This document shows, piece after piece, positions 9,743 through 18,696 of a stretch of DNA of 64,000 bases. Below the pieces are notes generated by a model that had not been told where the DNA came from, did no database searches, and saw only the letters and a list, made by a program, of their open reading frames with translations. The DNA is from a virus: positions 7,934 to 71,933 of the IMG/VR virus record IMGVR_UViG_3300025771_000023. One strand, 5' to 3'. How positions within the stretch are numbered: position 1 is the stretch's first letter; the number at the start of each line of letters is the position of its first letter. Made by a program: the position numbers and the translations under genes.

Positions 9743-11329
9743 TTAGTCTTCTACATAAATGAACGACACACTGGCATTGGTGATATTACTTGAAGATGCA
9801 ATAACTGCTGATATACAGTCTCCTGGTGGAACATCAATACCAATAGCAGTTAAATCAACATTAATAGTGTCACCATTAGAAACATGAAATGCTGCAATTG
9901 CTGGTGTTGATTGTGGTGCTAATGAAAACTGCCCAGCACTATCTTGAGTAGCATACAAAGATGCATTGAAGTTTGTTTGTGTTGTAAGTCTCAAATAATT
10001 TGTAAATTTTGCATTAAAATACAAGTAAATGATTGCTGGATCCTGAGTTGTATTCACAGAAGCAGTCAATCTTTGTGGAATCAAATCTCTGGTATTAATT
10101 TTTCCTTGATAGATAATTTTATTTTTGAGAGTAAGTAAATGATATAAAGTTCCAGGTGTATTCATACCACTGTTTCTGGTTGCAGTCACAGAATAAGGAA
10201 GTCTGGTATTTGTTACCAAACCTTCAATAGCACCAAGGAATGAAGATCCAGTGCAAGTTACAACACCACTTGCAGGAGCTCCCAAGTTTGCTGCAACATA
10301 TCCAATCTTCATAGATGGATTATCTAAATGAGGAGATTCATTTCTATTTGTGTAATGTTCATGGTGGAAGAACATCATATCCCCATTAGTGGGGTTCTCA
10401 ATAGCATAACGGATCTCACCAGCACCCAACCAACGGAAGTTGATTTGATACACATTTAGTTTTGATGGATCAATAGTAACACCAGAGTATCCAGTTCCAT
10501 CCAGTTTGTCTAAGTTAAAATCATCTTGGAATGTCCAGTTTTCTGTCTGTGTTACTCCAGTTTGTTTTTTTGTATTGGTAAATGTTATACCTGCAGTACT
10601 GGTTGCATTAAATGTACCAGATTGAGCACCAAGAGATGTTGCTAAGAATGAAATCTTTGCCTGATCATATTCTAGGAGATATAAAGCATTAAAAAGTGCC
10701 TGATCTTGCAATCCTTCTGCAAGTAATGCAATGTTTGCGGCAATACTTCCACCACCTAAAGTTACCGCAGTAAAACTAGTGCCGTTGAGAGTAACTGTTA
10801 CATCCCCATCTGCCAGTGTAGTGAAGGCAAACTCTTGTATATTTGCTTTACCTCCACTGGCACGAAGGACGCCAAACTGTCCATTGGTATGTGCATAACC
10901 GATTTGAAGGGCATTTTCTTGATTGAATAAACCTACTCTTTGAGTAAATCCTACTGGGTTAGAAGAAAATGCGGCAGTAAATCTTGCAACTGCACCCTGC
11001 CCAGGACGATATCTCAAAAAGTTTGTGGTTCTAATAACACCATAAGAATTAGCATCTGTTCCTGCACTAACTTTAAATTTAAAATCTCCATTTGTTGCAA
11101 TACCACTATTGCTAAATGTAAATGTCTCAAACTCTCTTGGATCTAATCCATAGACAGCATCACCCTGAATCTTTGGTGTGATGGGAACTGCAATATTCTC
11201 ACCAAATGCAGATTCGCCACAAGCACTTGGAGTAATGATTTGACCATATTCGTCACACCGCATGTAAACTTCATGTAGTGTTCTTTCTTGGTTTAGAAAG
11301 TCCTGTGTGTTCTTATTCCACTGAGCCAT
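9743..11329 (-). CDS. hypothetical beta-rich, probably virion-associated protein (528 aa)
   Basis: Long ORF with MAQWNK...QER N-terminus and RYRPG / WLGAG motifs; inserted between gp16 and gp17. Confidence 0.7.
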   Translation of the reverse strand: MAQWNKNTQDFLNQERTLHEVYMRCDEYGQIITPSACGESAFGENIAVPITPKIQGDAVYGLDPREFETFTFSNSGIATNGDFKFKVSAGTDANSYGVIRTTNFLRYRPGQGAVARFTAAFSSNPVGFTQRVGLFNQENALQIGYAHTNGQFGVLRASGGKANIQEFAFTTLADGDVTVTLNGTSFTAVTLGGGSIAANIALLAEGLQDQALFNALYLLEYDQAKISFLATSLGAQSGTFNATSTAGITFTNTKKQTGVTQTENWTFQDDFNLDKLDGTGYSGVTIDPSKLNVYQINFRWLGAGEIRYAIENPTNGDMMFFHHEHYTNRNESPHLDNPSMKIGYVAANLGAPASGVVTCTGSSFLGAIEGLVTNTRLPYSVTATRNSGMNTPGTLYHLLTLKNKIIYQGKINTRDLIPQRLTASVNTTQDPAIIYLYFNAKFTNYLRLTTQTNFNASLYATQDSAGQFSLAPQSTPAIAAFHVSNGDTINVDLTAIGIDVPPGDCISAVIASSSNITNASVSFIYVED

Positions 11330-11634
11330 TAGTCACTCCAAGTTAATCTTTCTGGTTGATATCTTTGTGCGTTTTTAATTTTTGAAGGAGAATTTCCTGG
11401 ATAAATTTGATGAACCATTGCTCCAGGATATTCTCCTTGAATCTGCTCTGCCAATTCATTCTTGGAAAGCATTTTACCTTCTACTTCAAGACGATATAAC
11501 TTACCTTCCCAGACAACATCGGCAAAGAACGACTCTTGTGCCTGTTCTGGTTGAGAACCTCCTACATTGAGAGTTCCATTGAAATCACCATTAATGGTGA
11601 TGCTTTCTGAGAGAAATTGTTGAAAACTTTTCAT
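11329..11634 (-). CDS. putative internal head protein with capsid-targeting leader
   Basis: N-terminus MKSFQQFLSE resembles the T4 internal-protein leader MKTYQEFIAE. Confidence 0.65.
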   Translation of the reverse strand: MKSFQQFLSESITINGDFNGTLNVGGSQPEQAQESFFADVVWEGKLYRLEVEGKMLSKNELAEQIQGEYPGAMVHQIYPGNSPSKIKNAQRYQPERLTWSD

Positions 11635-11637
11635 TGA

Positions 11638-13191
11638 TCAGCACTTCCAGCGACGACGGGCTTTACAAACAGGTTTATCGGGGGTTTTAGAGCAATCAAT
11701 GTTATGCATGTCTTGCTGCCCCTTAGAGCGAGCACAGAAAGACTTTCTACGCTTCGCATCCTTACTACCTGGCTTTGGATCACCAGTTACGGCAGTCTTG
11801 AGTTTAGAACCTGGATTCTCACGACGATATGCTTTGACTGCAGCAGGACTCATACCATCAGTTTTATCAGACTTATTTACTTTCTGCCAATCTTCTTTGA
11901 CTTGTTTATGGCAAGATTTACCACAGGTCATACAAGGATCTTTCCCACACTTGCAATTGCAATGAGACTCTGCAATTTGAGATCTCCAATCAGAAAACTG
12001 CTCTTTCTTGACCTTTACTTTTTTAGAGTCTCCAGTCCTAAACTTTCCATATGGAGTTGGAAGTTGTTCACCATATTCTCCCGTCTTCTTCTCAACTTTA
12101 TCCTGCGCATCTACATCGCCATCGACATCATAATCAATTCTTTTAACTGCTTTTTTGACAAGTTTTTTTATATCTCCTGAAGGTATCTCAATTTCTGATG
12201 AATTTTCAAAAACACTTGTGATTTTTGGATCTTTGTTAGAAACCCATTCACCTTGAGCATTTTTCCAACGCATTTCTCCACGTCTTAATCTTGGTTTTTT
12301 TTGAGTTTCTTCTCTTCTTCTTTTGTTTCTTGTTATTGCTTCACTATCTCTAACTCCACTGACAGTGCGACCTTCACCAATTTCTTCTGGTTTGATAAGA
12401 TCAATGAACTCATATTCAGTTGCCTTAAAATCATCTCTCCAATTAGAAAATTCCACTGATTCTGTCTTATTTCCCCAGTTAGCAGCACCAACTTTACGGC
12501 ACTTAACCAGAGCACCTGAGGCATACGCACTTGGCCAGACAGAATAACGAGACTTGACCTTGTTATAGCAGGCATCTTTCTTGCCGCTACCTTTACCTGG
12601 TTTATCTTTTACTTCTTGGATGTTCATTTCTTCAGTTTTTACGTTAGTTGGTTTGGCAGCACCAGATTTTTCTGGTTGATTTGGATCTTGACGATTTTTT
12701 CTTCTTCTTGCAGATTCCTCTTCTTCGGCACTCAAATTTGCTGCCATTTTAGAACTTCCACACTTTGGCGTTGAAGTTTGACCTGGTTGACGAGCACAAG
12801 GTTTACCTGCCCATTTGCCACCAAGTTGAACCCATCCTTTTTTGCCATCTGAAGACTTGGATTTACCAAACCAATCGTGAAGACCTTGATCTCCGGATTT
12901 TGTTTCTTCATTAGTCACATAATCTGCTGCAGTATCAATATAATCTGCTGCTTTGGTAATTTTGGATTGAACCCATGCTTGCAAATCCCCCTCACCTTTC
13001 TTTCCCATCTTCTTTTGAAGACGCTTTACGGCATTGGTCACGGTCTTTAATTCTGACCGTGCCATGGAGTATTCGTGATCTTTCTTTTCTTCACTCATTT
13101 TCTTTTTGCGACCCTGGCAGTGAGCACGTTGACTGAAACCTTTTGGGTTGTTGCAATCAATTGATTTTTTATATTTTTCTGACCAACCCAT
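11638..13191 (-). CDS. modular basic/Cys-containing protein, possible polyprotein
   Basis: Several short K/R/C-rich blocks separated by hydrophobic-X-E linkers. Confidence 0.7.
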   Translation of the reverse strand: MGWSEKYKKSIDCNNPKGFSQRAHCQGRKKKMSEEKKDHEYSMARSELKTVTNAVKRLQKKMGKKGEGDLQAWVQSKITKAADYIDTAADYVTNEETKSGDQGLHDWFGKSKSSDGKKGWVQLGGKWAGKPCARQPGQTSTPKCGSSKMAANLSAEEEESARRRKNRQDPNQPEKSGAAKPTNVKTEEMNIQEVKDKPGKGSGKKDACYNKVKSRYSVWPSAYASGALVKCRKVGAANWGNKTESVEFSNWRDDFKATEYEFIDLIKPEEIGEGRTVSGVRDSEAITRNKRRREETQKKPRLRRGEMRWKNAQGEWVSNKDPKITSVFENSSEIEIPSGDIKKLVKKAVKRIDYDVDGDVDAQDKVEKKTGEYGEQLPTPYGKFRTGDSKKVKVKKEQFSDWRSQIAESHCNCKCGKDPCMTCGKSCHKQVKEDWQKVNKSDKTDGMSPAAVKAYRRENPGSKLKTAVTGDPKPGSKDAKRRKSFCARSKGQQDMHNIDCSKTPDKPVCKARRRWKC

Positions 13192-13199
13192 TAGAAAAA

Positions 13200-13616
13200 T
13201 TACTCTTTATTATTTAGGAATCCCTGCTTAAGCATTTTTTGAAGTTCAGAAGTTGATCCAACAAACACTGCATTATTAGTTACATTATTGGTAGTCTTGA
13301 CAGTATCCTCTTCAACATCTTTAAGTTTCTTTTGAAGATCTATGAGTTTATCAGTAGTATCAGCAACACTCTTAATTAACTGTCCAGCAACCTCATATGC
13401 CCTTGGGCTTGCTCCTTCCCCTGCGAGTTCCATAATGCCATTAATTGCCTCTTGACCCTTCTCTATGAGCGAATAGAGGTTGGCTCTAGTGTATTCATAA
13501 TCTTTTTGCACATCATTACTATTAGTCTTAGCAATCTCTATTTCTTTCGCGGTAGTTTCTATAATACTACTTTGAGTATTCAATGCCTTATCAAGACCAT
13601 CATAACTGCTATTCAT
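13200..13616 (-). CDS. gp16: terminase small subunit
   Basis: DYEYTRANLY, PRAYEVAGQLIK, VFVGSTSELQK motifs. Confidence 0.95.
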   Translation of the reverse strand: MNSSYDGLDKALNTQSSIIETTAKEIEIAKTNSNDVQKDYEYTRANLYSLIEKGQEAINGIMELAGEGASPRAYEVAGQLIKSVADTTDKLIDLQKKLKDVEEDTVKTTNNVTNNAVFVGSTSELQKMLKQGFLNNKE

Positions 13617-13627
13617 ATATCAGAACC

Positions 13628-14425
13628 TCATATATCTTTTTGTTGAGTTGGACTATATTCCTTAGAATCAAACAACATCTCTATTGTTTCACTAAATCCA
13701 AAATCATCTGCTGGTTCCGCATCAATTGGATCAGGAACGGCAGTATATCTCATCTCTCTTTTTGCCGTATTTGTATCCGTTCCAGTATAATAATCAACCT
13801 GAACCTTACGAATGAGACCATCCGTACTCTCTGCAATTGGTCCAAATAGATATGTTTTCGCAGTAAAGTTTAAGGTGTAAATAAGTGCTCTTCTTGTAGA
13901 AAAATTTCCTTCATAATTATCTTGGAATGATATATTATCAAGTATTATCGGAATATCTTTTTTCTCTCCTATAGAACTAACTAAATCAACCGTTAAATTA
14001 AATGATGGTTGAAAAAACGGAAGTATCTGCTCAACTATTTGTAGAGCATCATCATTCAATTTTGTAAAAATACTCAATTCGAATCCAATATTATATGGTA
14101 CTGGCATGTAAACTTTTTTCAAGTTACTTCCATCAGAAGCTTTAAATGTTTGAGTTACACTCGACTTTCTTGTAGGGTCATATTGAATAGATGTCATTTC
14201 AAATGACATTCTAGGAAGAGTAGTAGCAATTGATTTTGTTAATTGTGCCTGCTCTTCTATTTTGGCAAGGAACTTCTGCATTGGACCATAAGACAAAGCA
14301 ACTTTTGTTTCATCAAGAGTTGATCCATCTTTTTTCTCATGACGAATGTAAATGTTATTAAAAAGAGTACCAAATCCAACTATGGTCTTTCTAATAATTT
14401 CGTGATAAAAATAAGTCCCTAACAT
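13628..14425 (-). CDS. gp15: tail sheath stabiliser / tail completion protein
   Basis: YFYHEIIRK...FGTLFN, LPRMSFE, QIVEQILPFFQP. Confidence 0.96.
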   Translation of the reverse strand: MLGTYFYHEIIRKTIVGFGTLFNNIYIRHEKKDGSTLDETKVALSYGPMQKFLAKIEEQAQLTKSIATTLPRMSFEMTSIQYDPTRKSSVTQTFKASDGSNLKKVYMPVPYNIGFELSIFTKLNDDALQIVEQILPFFQPSFNLTVDLVSSIGEKKDIPIILDNISFQDNYEGNFSTRRALIYTLNFTAKTYLFGPIAESTDGLIRKVQVDYYTGTDTNTAKREMRYTAVPDPIDAEPADDFGFSETIEMLFDSKEYSPTQQKDI

Positions 14426-15858
14426 TAATAATCTCCGAATGGATTAGATTCTGTAAAATCTAAAATAGAATCCGCTTCATCTTCTATTTCTTTATTTGCA
14501 TCATATGGATCATCATAACTGTCTGTTGAATAAGACTCGACGATATATCTTGCAGAAGAAATTGAACCTGCAACAACCTCTCCAGCAGAAAACTTACCAC
14601 TATTTATTGCAACTCGTAAATTGGTAATGGCAACTTCTCCAGGTAAAACTGGAACTGTTGTTCTATAATCTCTAACTCTAGCTGTTGTACCAGAAGTTTC
14701 TCCAGTTACTACTTCATTATAGATAAATGTACCAATTCCTGTTGTAGATAATCCTGCAACCGTGACTGTTGGATTTTCAGTATAACCAATACCAGGATTT
14801 GTAATGACTATTTGAGAAATGGAACCAGAAGAAATTATGGATTCTGCGGTAGCAGTTGCCGTAATTCCAGATCCTGTTGGCTCGGAAATTATTATGTTTG
14901 GTTTTGTATAATATCCATCTCCAGCATTTGTAATATTGAAAGAAACAACGCCTTTTCTTATTGGTTCAACCGAACAAGTTGCAGCTGCACCAGTTCCACC
15001 TCCCCCTGTTATGGTTATTGTTGGCGGTTCTACATAACCAGATCCAGCATGAGTTAATAAAATTCTATCTATAGATTTGAGACCGGCAACTGAAGTAACA
15101 GTAGCAACTGCCGTAGCTCTAGTTCCTGAAGGAGGAGGTGATAATGTAACAGTCGGTGCCGAGGTATATCCATAACCATCATTATTTAAGAATATTTCCC
15201 TAATATAACCACTTCCAATACCAGCAGTTGCAGTTGCATTTGTTCCTCCATTTACTAAGACCAAAGTCGTAATATAACCTTCATCCTCCACAGTGTTGTC
15301 AATTTCATCTATTGCAGTATCGATAAGTTCATTTTCATATTCATATAATTCACAATTTAATTCATAGACATAATTCTTACCAAGTTGATAAAATGGTTTT
15401 TCCGATTCTACTCTTTTAATTTCAAATAATCTTTCACCTAATGGAAAATATATTAAATCTCCTTCTTTTGGTCTTGTAATCAAGTCAGCAAAATCAAATC
15501 CAGTAATTCTACCTTCACGGACTCCGGAAGATATACCTTCTAAGAAAGGTGCAATAAATTCTTCATAACGTTCTCTTGAGATTGTAATACTAATCTCATT
15601 TTTTAGAGATAATCCAAATTTAGTCATTATATCACTTCCTGGAGCATATCCTTCATAATTGTTCAGATATGCTTCTATCAAAAAAGTATCATCAAATTTT
15701 GATGATTGTATTTCTCTGATAATATTGTCAGTTGTAAATATTTTTCTTGGCAAATAGTATACTTCTATGCCATACATTCTTAATTGTTCATTTATAAGAT
15801 CTTGTATAAGGTATTGCTCACTTTGAGAACCTTGTAAGAAAAATGGATTTAGTGCCAT
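14425..15858 (-). CDS. gp14: neck protein with inserted G-x-G-Y-x3-P repeats
   Basis: EQLRMYGIEVYYLPR, RPKEGDLIYFP, FYQLGKNY, C-terminal ILDFTESNPFG. Confidence 0.95.
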   Translation of the reverse strand: MALNPFFLQGSQSEQYLIQDLINEQLRMYGIEVYYLPRKIFTTDNIIREIQSSKFDDTFLIEAYLNNYEGYAPGSDIMTKFGLSLKNEISITISRERYEEFIAPFLEGISSGVREGRITGFDFADLITRPKEGDLIYFPLGERLFEIKRVESEKPFYQLGKNYVYELNCELYEYENELIDTAIDEIDNTVEDEGYITTLVLVNGGTNATATAGIGSGYIREIFLNNDGYGYTSAPTVTLSPPPSGTRATAVATVTSVAGLKSIDRILLTHAGSGYVEPPTITITGGGGTGAAATCSVEPIRKGVVSFNITNAGDGYYTKPNIIISEPTGSGITATATAESIISSGSISQIVITNPGIGYTENPTVTVAGLSTTGIGTFIYNEVVTGETSGTTARVRDYRTTVPVLPGEVAITNLRVAINSGKFSAGEVVAGSISSARYIVESYSTDSYDDPYDANKEIEDEADSILDFTESNPFGDY

Positions 15859-15860
15859 GA

Positions 15861-16706
15861 TTATCCGATAAAGTCATAAGGTGGAAGTTCATAATCCATC
15901 GACATTCTCTGTAAAATGGAGGCGATTTCTTTTTCTGCATCATCATATAATTCTCTTCCATTAAGTTCGATTCCTCCAGGAAGTTTTACACCACGGAATT
16001 TAATTAAATTTTGTCCCCACTGGCGCTTTATCAATGCAGTAAGATATCTTTTAACAAAACTATCATTATAAACTCTTGTGAAATCATTGGGATTTAAAAT
16101 TCTATAGCAATCAATAACTAAAAAATTGTCTAAAGATTGAGATCCCCAATCAATGTCCAAATACAATCTATTCTGTCTTTTGTTAAATCTTAATTGCTTA
16201 TCTGTTGTCAGTAAATAATCTATGTCTTCCAAATACGATTTAGTCATTGCATACTGCAAAAGTTCAACTGAATTAAAATAATATAAATCATTTAAAAATA
16301 ATTGATATTTGATGCTAAACATTCCTCCAGAAATGCTGCTAGTATCAAATTTAAATACTTTTTCTATACCAATTACAGAATCTGGTATTTGAATAAAATT
16401 AGAAGTTTCATAAAAATTGAATGATGTGGATCCATAACCCGGAATACTTGTTGATGTTCCTATGGTTGTTGCTATTCCAACTCCAGTTGTCCCTGATGCT
16501 TTTCCCCTATCTAGGTCATCTTGAGATATTTTGTATTTCAAATACATTCTTTCTACACCATCAAAATGCCTCTCATGAAAAAGTTGAAGGGCGTCATCTA
16601 CTAAATCATCAATTTGATCATCATCAACATTTATTTCTAACACAGGAGCTCCTAATCTCCTTAAACAATAATCGATTAATCCTTGTCTAGTGCTTGGTTG
16701 AGCCAT
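15861..16706 (-). CDS. gp13: neck protein
   Basis: LRRLGAPVLEINVDDDQ, KRQWGQNLIKF, LPGGIELNG. Start moved to ATG 16706, which overlaps the upstream stop. Confidence 0.96.
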   Translation of the reverse strand: MAQPSTRQGLIDYCLRRLGAPVLEINVDDDQIDDLVDDALQLFHERHFDGVERMYLKYKISQDDLDRGKASGTTGVGIATTIGTSTSIPGYGSTSFNFYETSNFIQIPDSVIGIEKVFKFDTSSISGGMFSIKYQLFLNDLYYFNSVELLQYAMTKSYLEDIDYLLTTDKQLRFNKRQNRLYLDIDWGSQSLDNFLVIDCYRILNPNDFTRVYNDSFVKRYLTALIKRQWGQNLIKFRGVKLPGGIELNGRELYDDAEKEIASILQRMSMDYELPPYDFIG

Positions 16707-17962
16707 CAATACCATCCTCCGTCAATTACTGATGTCCATGTAGGTATTCCTACAGCATCTGTTGTAAGAATAAAATTACTCGTTGTTATTCCTGTTGTAG
16801 TTGCTGCTGCTCCTATAAGTTTTCCTGTATCATCAAAATATGCAATGCCATTTGGACCTGTATAATTATCACTATCATAATATAAACCTTCAGTTACTGT
16901 TACAAATCCTGTGATACTTACATTATTTTTAAATGTTGAAAGACCTGATATATAAAGTTGTTGTGCAGTTATATCAGTAAGTGTAGTAACTCCTAAAGTA
17001 CTGATACCACTTACATTAAGTTGTTGTAGTGTTAAATCAGTAGCAGTAGTAACTCCTAAGGTACTGACACCAGAAACATTAAGTTGTTGTGCAGTTATAT
17101 CAGTAAGTGTAGTAACTCCTAAGGTACTGATGCCAGAAACATATAGATCTGTAGTTGTTACTAGTCCAGAAAAACGTCCAGTTCTCCACCTTTGAGTAGA
17201 GATACCAATATCATAGGTGTTATCATCATTTGGAACCAAATTGGATATAAATTCGCCACCAATATCAATATCATCACCAGTGGAGTCTCCAATACCAATG
17301 GTTCCTCCCTTAAATGTTACATTTCCAATAAATGTGGAAGCTCCAACAACATTTACATTTCTACCAACATAAAGATCATCATCAACATATAAATCGCCAC
17401 CAGTAGTTGTTATGCCACCATTTGATGCTAGTGTGGTTGTTCCTTTAGATTCAAAAAGACCACTTCCAGTTATTTTTCCTGTTACATCTAATGTAGTAAG
17501 AATATCGACCGCAGCATTAATATCCAGATTAGATGCAAATGTCGATAATCCTGTTATTACTATATTTCCACCAACGTCTAGATTGGAAAGAATATCAACC
17601 GATGCATTAATATCCAAATTAGATGCAAACGTTGATAATCCAGTTATCGAAACACCTCCACCTATGTTTAAATTTTTGCCAATACCAACACCACCACTTA
17701 TAACAAGAGCACCATTTGTTATAAGTGAAGAATCCGTAGTATTAGTAAAAGAAACAAGACTACTTGCGCCAAAAATAGCACTATCAATAACACTAGTGGT
17801 TATAAATTTTTCAGTGCCAAGATCCCAAACTAGAATGACACCATCATCTCTTATAGTAGAATCTACATCAGTAAGATTAGTTAATCTTGTTGGTGGCGCT
17901 GAAGCATTAGATAAAACACGAATTACATTTTGAGATCCAATTCTATCGTTTATATTAGGCAT
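16706..17962 (-). CDS. fibre-like virion protein with internal repeats
   Basis: GALVISGGVGIGKNL and GIST/GLST repeats; C-terminal IDGG motif. Confidence 0.8.
   Translation of the reverse strand: MPNINDRIGSQNVIRVLSNASAPPTRLTNLTDVDSTIRDDGVILVWDLGTEKFITTSVIDSAIFGASSLVSFTNTTDSSLITNGALVISGGVGIGKNLNIGGGVSITGLSTFASNLDINASVDILSNLDVGGNIVITGLSTFASNLDINAAVDILTTLDVTGKITGSGLFESKGTTTLASNGGITTTGGDLYVDDDLYVGRNVNVVGASTFIGNVTFKGGTIGIGDSTGDDIDIGGEFISNLVPNDDNTYDIGISTQRWRTGRFSGLVTTTDLYVSGISTLGVTTLTDITAQQLNVSGVSTLGVTTATDLTLQQLNVSGISTLGVTTLTDITAQQLYISGLSTFKNNVSITGFVTVTEGLYYDSDNYTGPNGIAYFDDTGKLIGAAATTTGITTSNFILTTDAVGIPTWTSVIDGGWY
16955..17140. repeat. 63-bp tandem repeat x3 (21-aa unit)
   Basis: AAGTTGTTGT recurs at 16955, 17018 and 17081; encodes GISTLGVTTLTDITAQQLNVS-type units. 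Confidence 0.9.
17498..17648. repeat. 90-bp-period duplication (30-aa unit)
   Basis: ITGLSTFASNLDINAxVDIL occurs twice. Confidence 0.85.
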
Positions 17963-17963
17963 T

Positions 17964-18299
17964 TTACCTTGTTACTCCTGCTCTAACGAGTGCGGAACCT
18001 TCTATAGCTTTGTATTCTTTTCCATCTGCCGCCACTTTTATATCATAATTATATCTTCCAGGTTTTATCAAAATAGTTTGGGCAGCAGTCAGTGATATTG
18101 AAATAATACCAGTATCTGGATTAGTAACAGTCGTGGCAAATGAAACTGCGGTAGAGCTGCCAGGATGCTTTCTCAATTGACCTTCGGTAGTATAATTATT
18201 AAGATCCAGAAAAGAATTTGTTCTAGTATCCTCTAATTGGAAAGAAGTATCAAAATCGAAACCTTGCTCAATTACTATATTGGATACATATACTGCCAT
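17964..18299 (-). CDS. small Ig-like virion protein (BppU-N-like)
   Basis: IEQG.DF, G.I.ISLTAAQT, PGRYNYDI, EGSALV pattern. Confidence 0.7.
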   Translation of the reverse strand: MAVYVSNIVIEQGFDFDTSFQLEDTRTNSFLDLNNYTTEGQLRKHPGSSTAVSFATTVTNPDTGIISISLTAAQTILIKPGRYNYDIKVAADGKEYKAIEGSALVRAGVTR

Positions 18300-18320
18300 T
18301 ATTTAAAAAAGAATATATCT

Positions 18321-18509
18321 TTAGGTATTTATATTTCCAATAGTTGGTAAAGATTTTAAAACCTCTTGCTGCTTCAAATAAAGTTTGATATAGGACTTTG
18401 CAATATTTTTTAAATCTTCAATATTTTCAATTTCATCAATCATTCTAGATTCTTTTTCATATGCAAACATTTTTGCCATAGTTTCCAATTCAATATCATT
18501 TGGATTCAT
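18321..18509 (-). CDS. small helical protein, NblA-like candidate
   Basis: 62 aa with F-x2-E-x3-R-x-I-D-x7-L-x3-A-K-x8-Q pattern. The ORF is solid; the product is tentative. Confidence 0.5.
   Translation of the reverse strand: MNPNDIELETMAKMFAYEKESRMIDEIENIEDLKNIAKSYIKLYLKQQEVLKSLPTIGNINT
18326..18333 (-). promoter_or_regulatory. late promoter TATAAATA
   Basis: Exact motif about 30 bp upstream of the 18299 start. Confidence 0.8.
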
Positions 18510-18696
18510 TTACCAACTCCTTTAGTAATGTTTTAATTTCTTCAATATCACTTTTCATTTTTTCAATTTCTCTTTTTTGAGTTTCTCTATTATTTGATGA
18601 AATAATGTATTGATTGTAGGATTGACTGTCACAATTTATAATGGCTCCGGATTTTTCATCCCGATATAAATTTGGATGCCCTTTTACTGGTATCAT
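18496..18696 (-). CDS. conserved small coiled-coil protein
   Basis: VKGHPNLYRD..SGAIIN...EIEKMKSDIEEIK; ATGA overlap with upstream gene. Confidence 0.8.
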   Translation of the reverse strand: MIPVKGHPNLYRDEKSGAIINCDSQSYNQYIISSNNRETQKREIEKMKSDIEEIKTLLKELVNESK

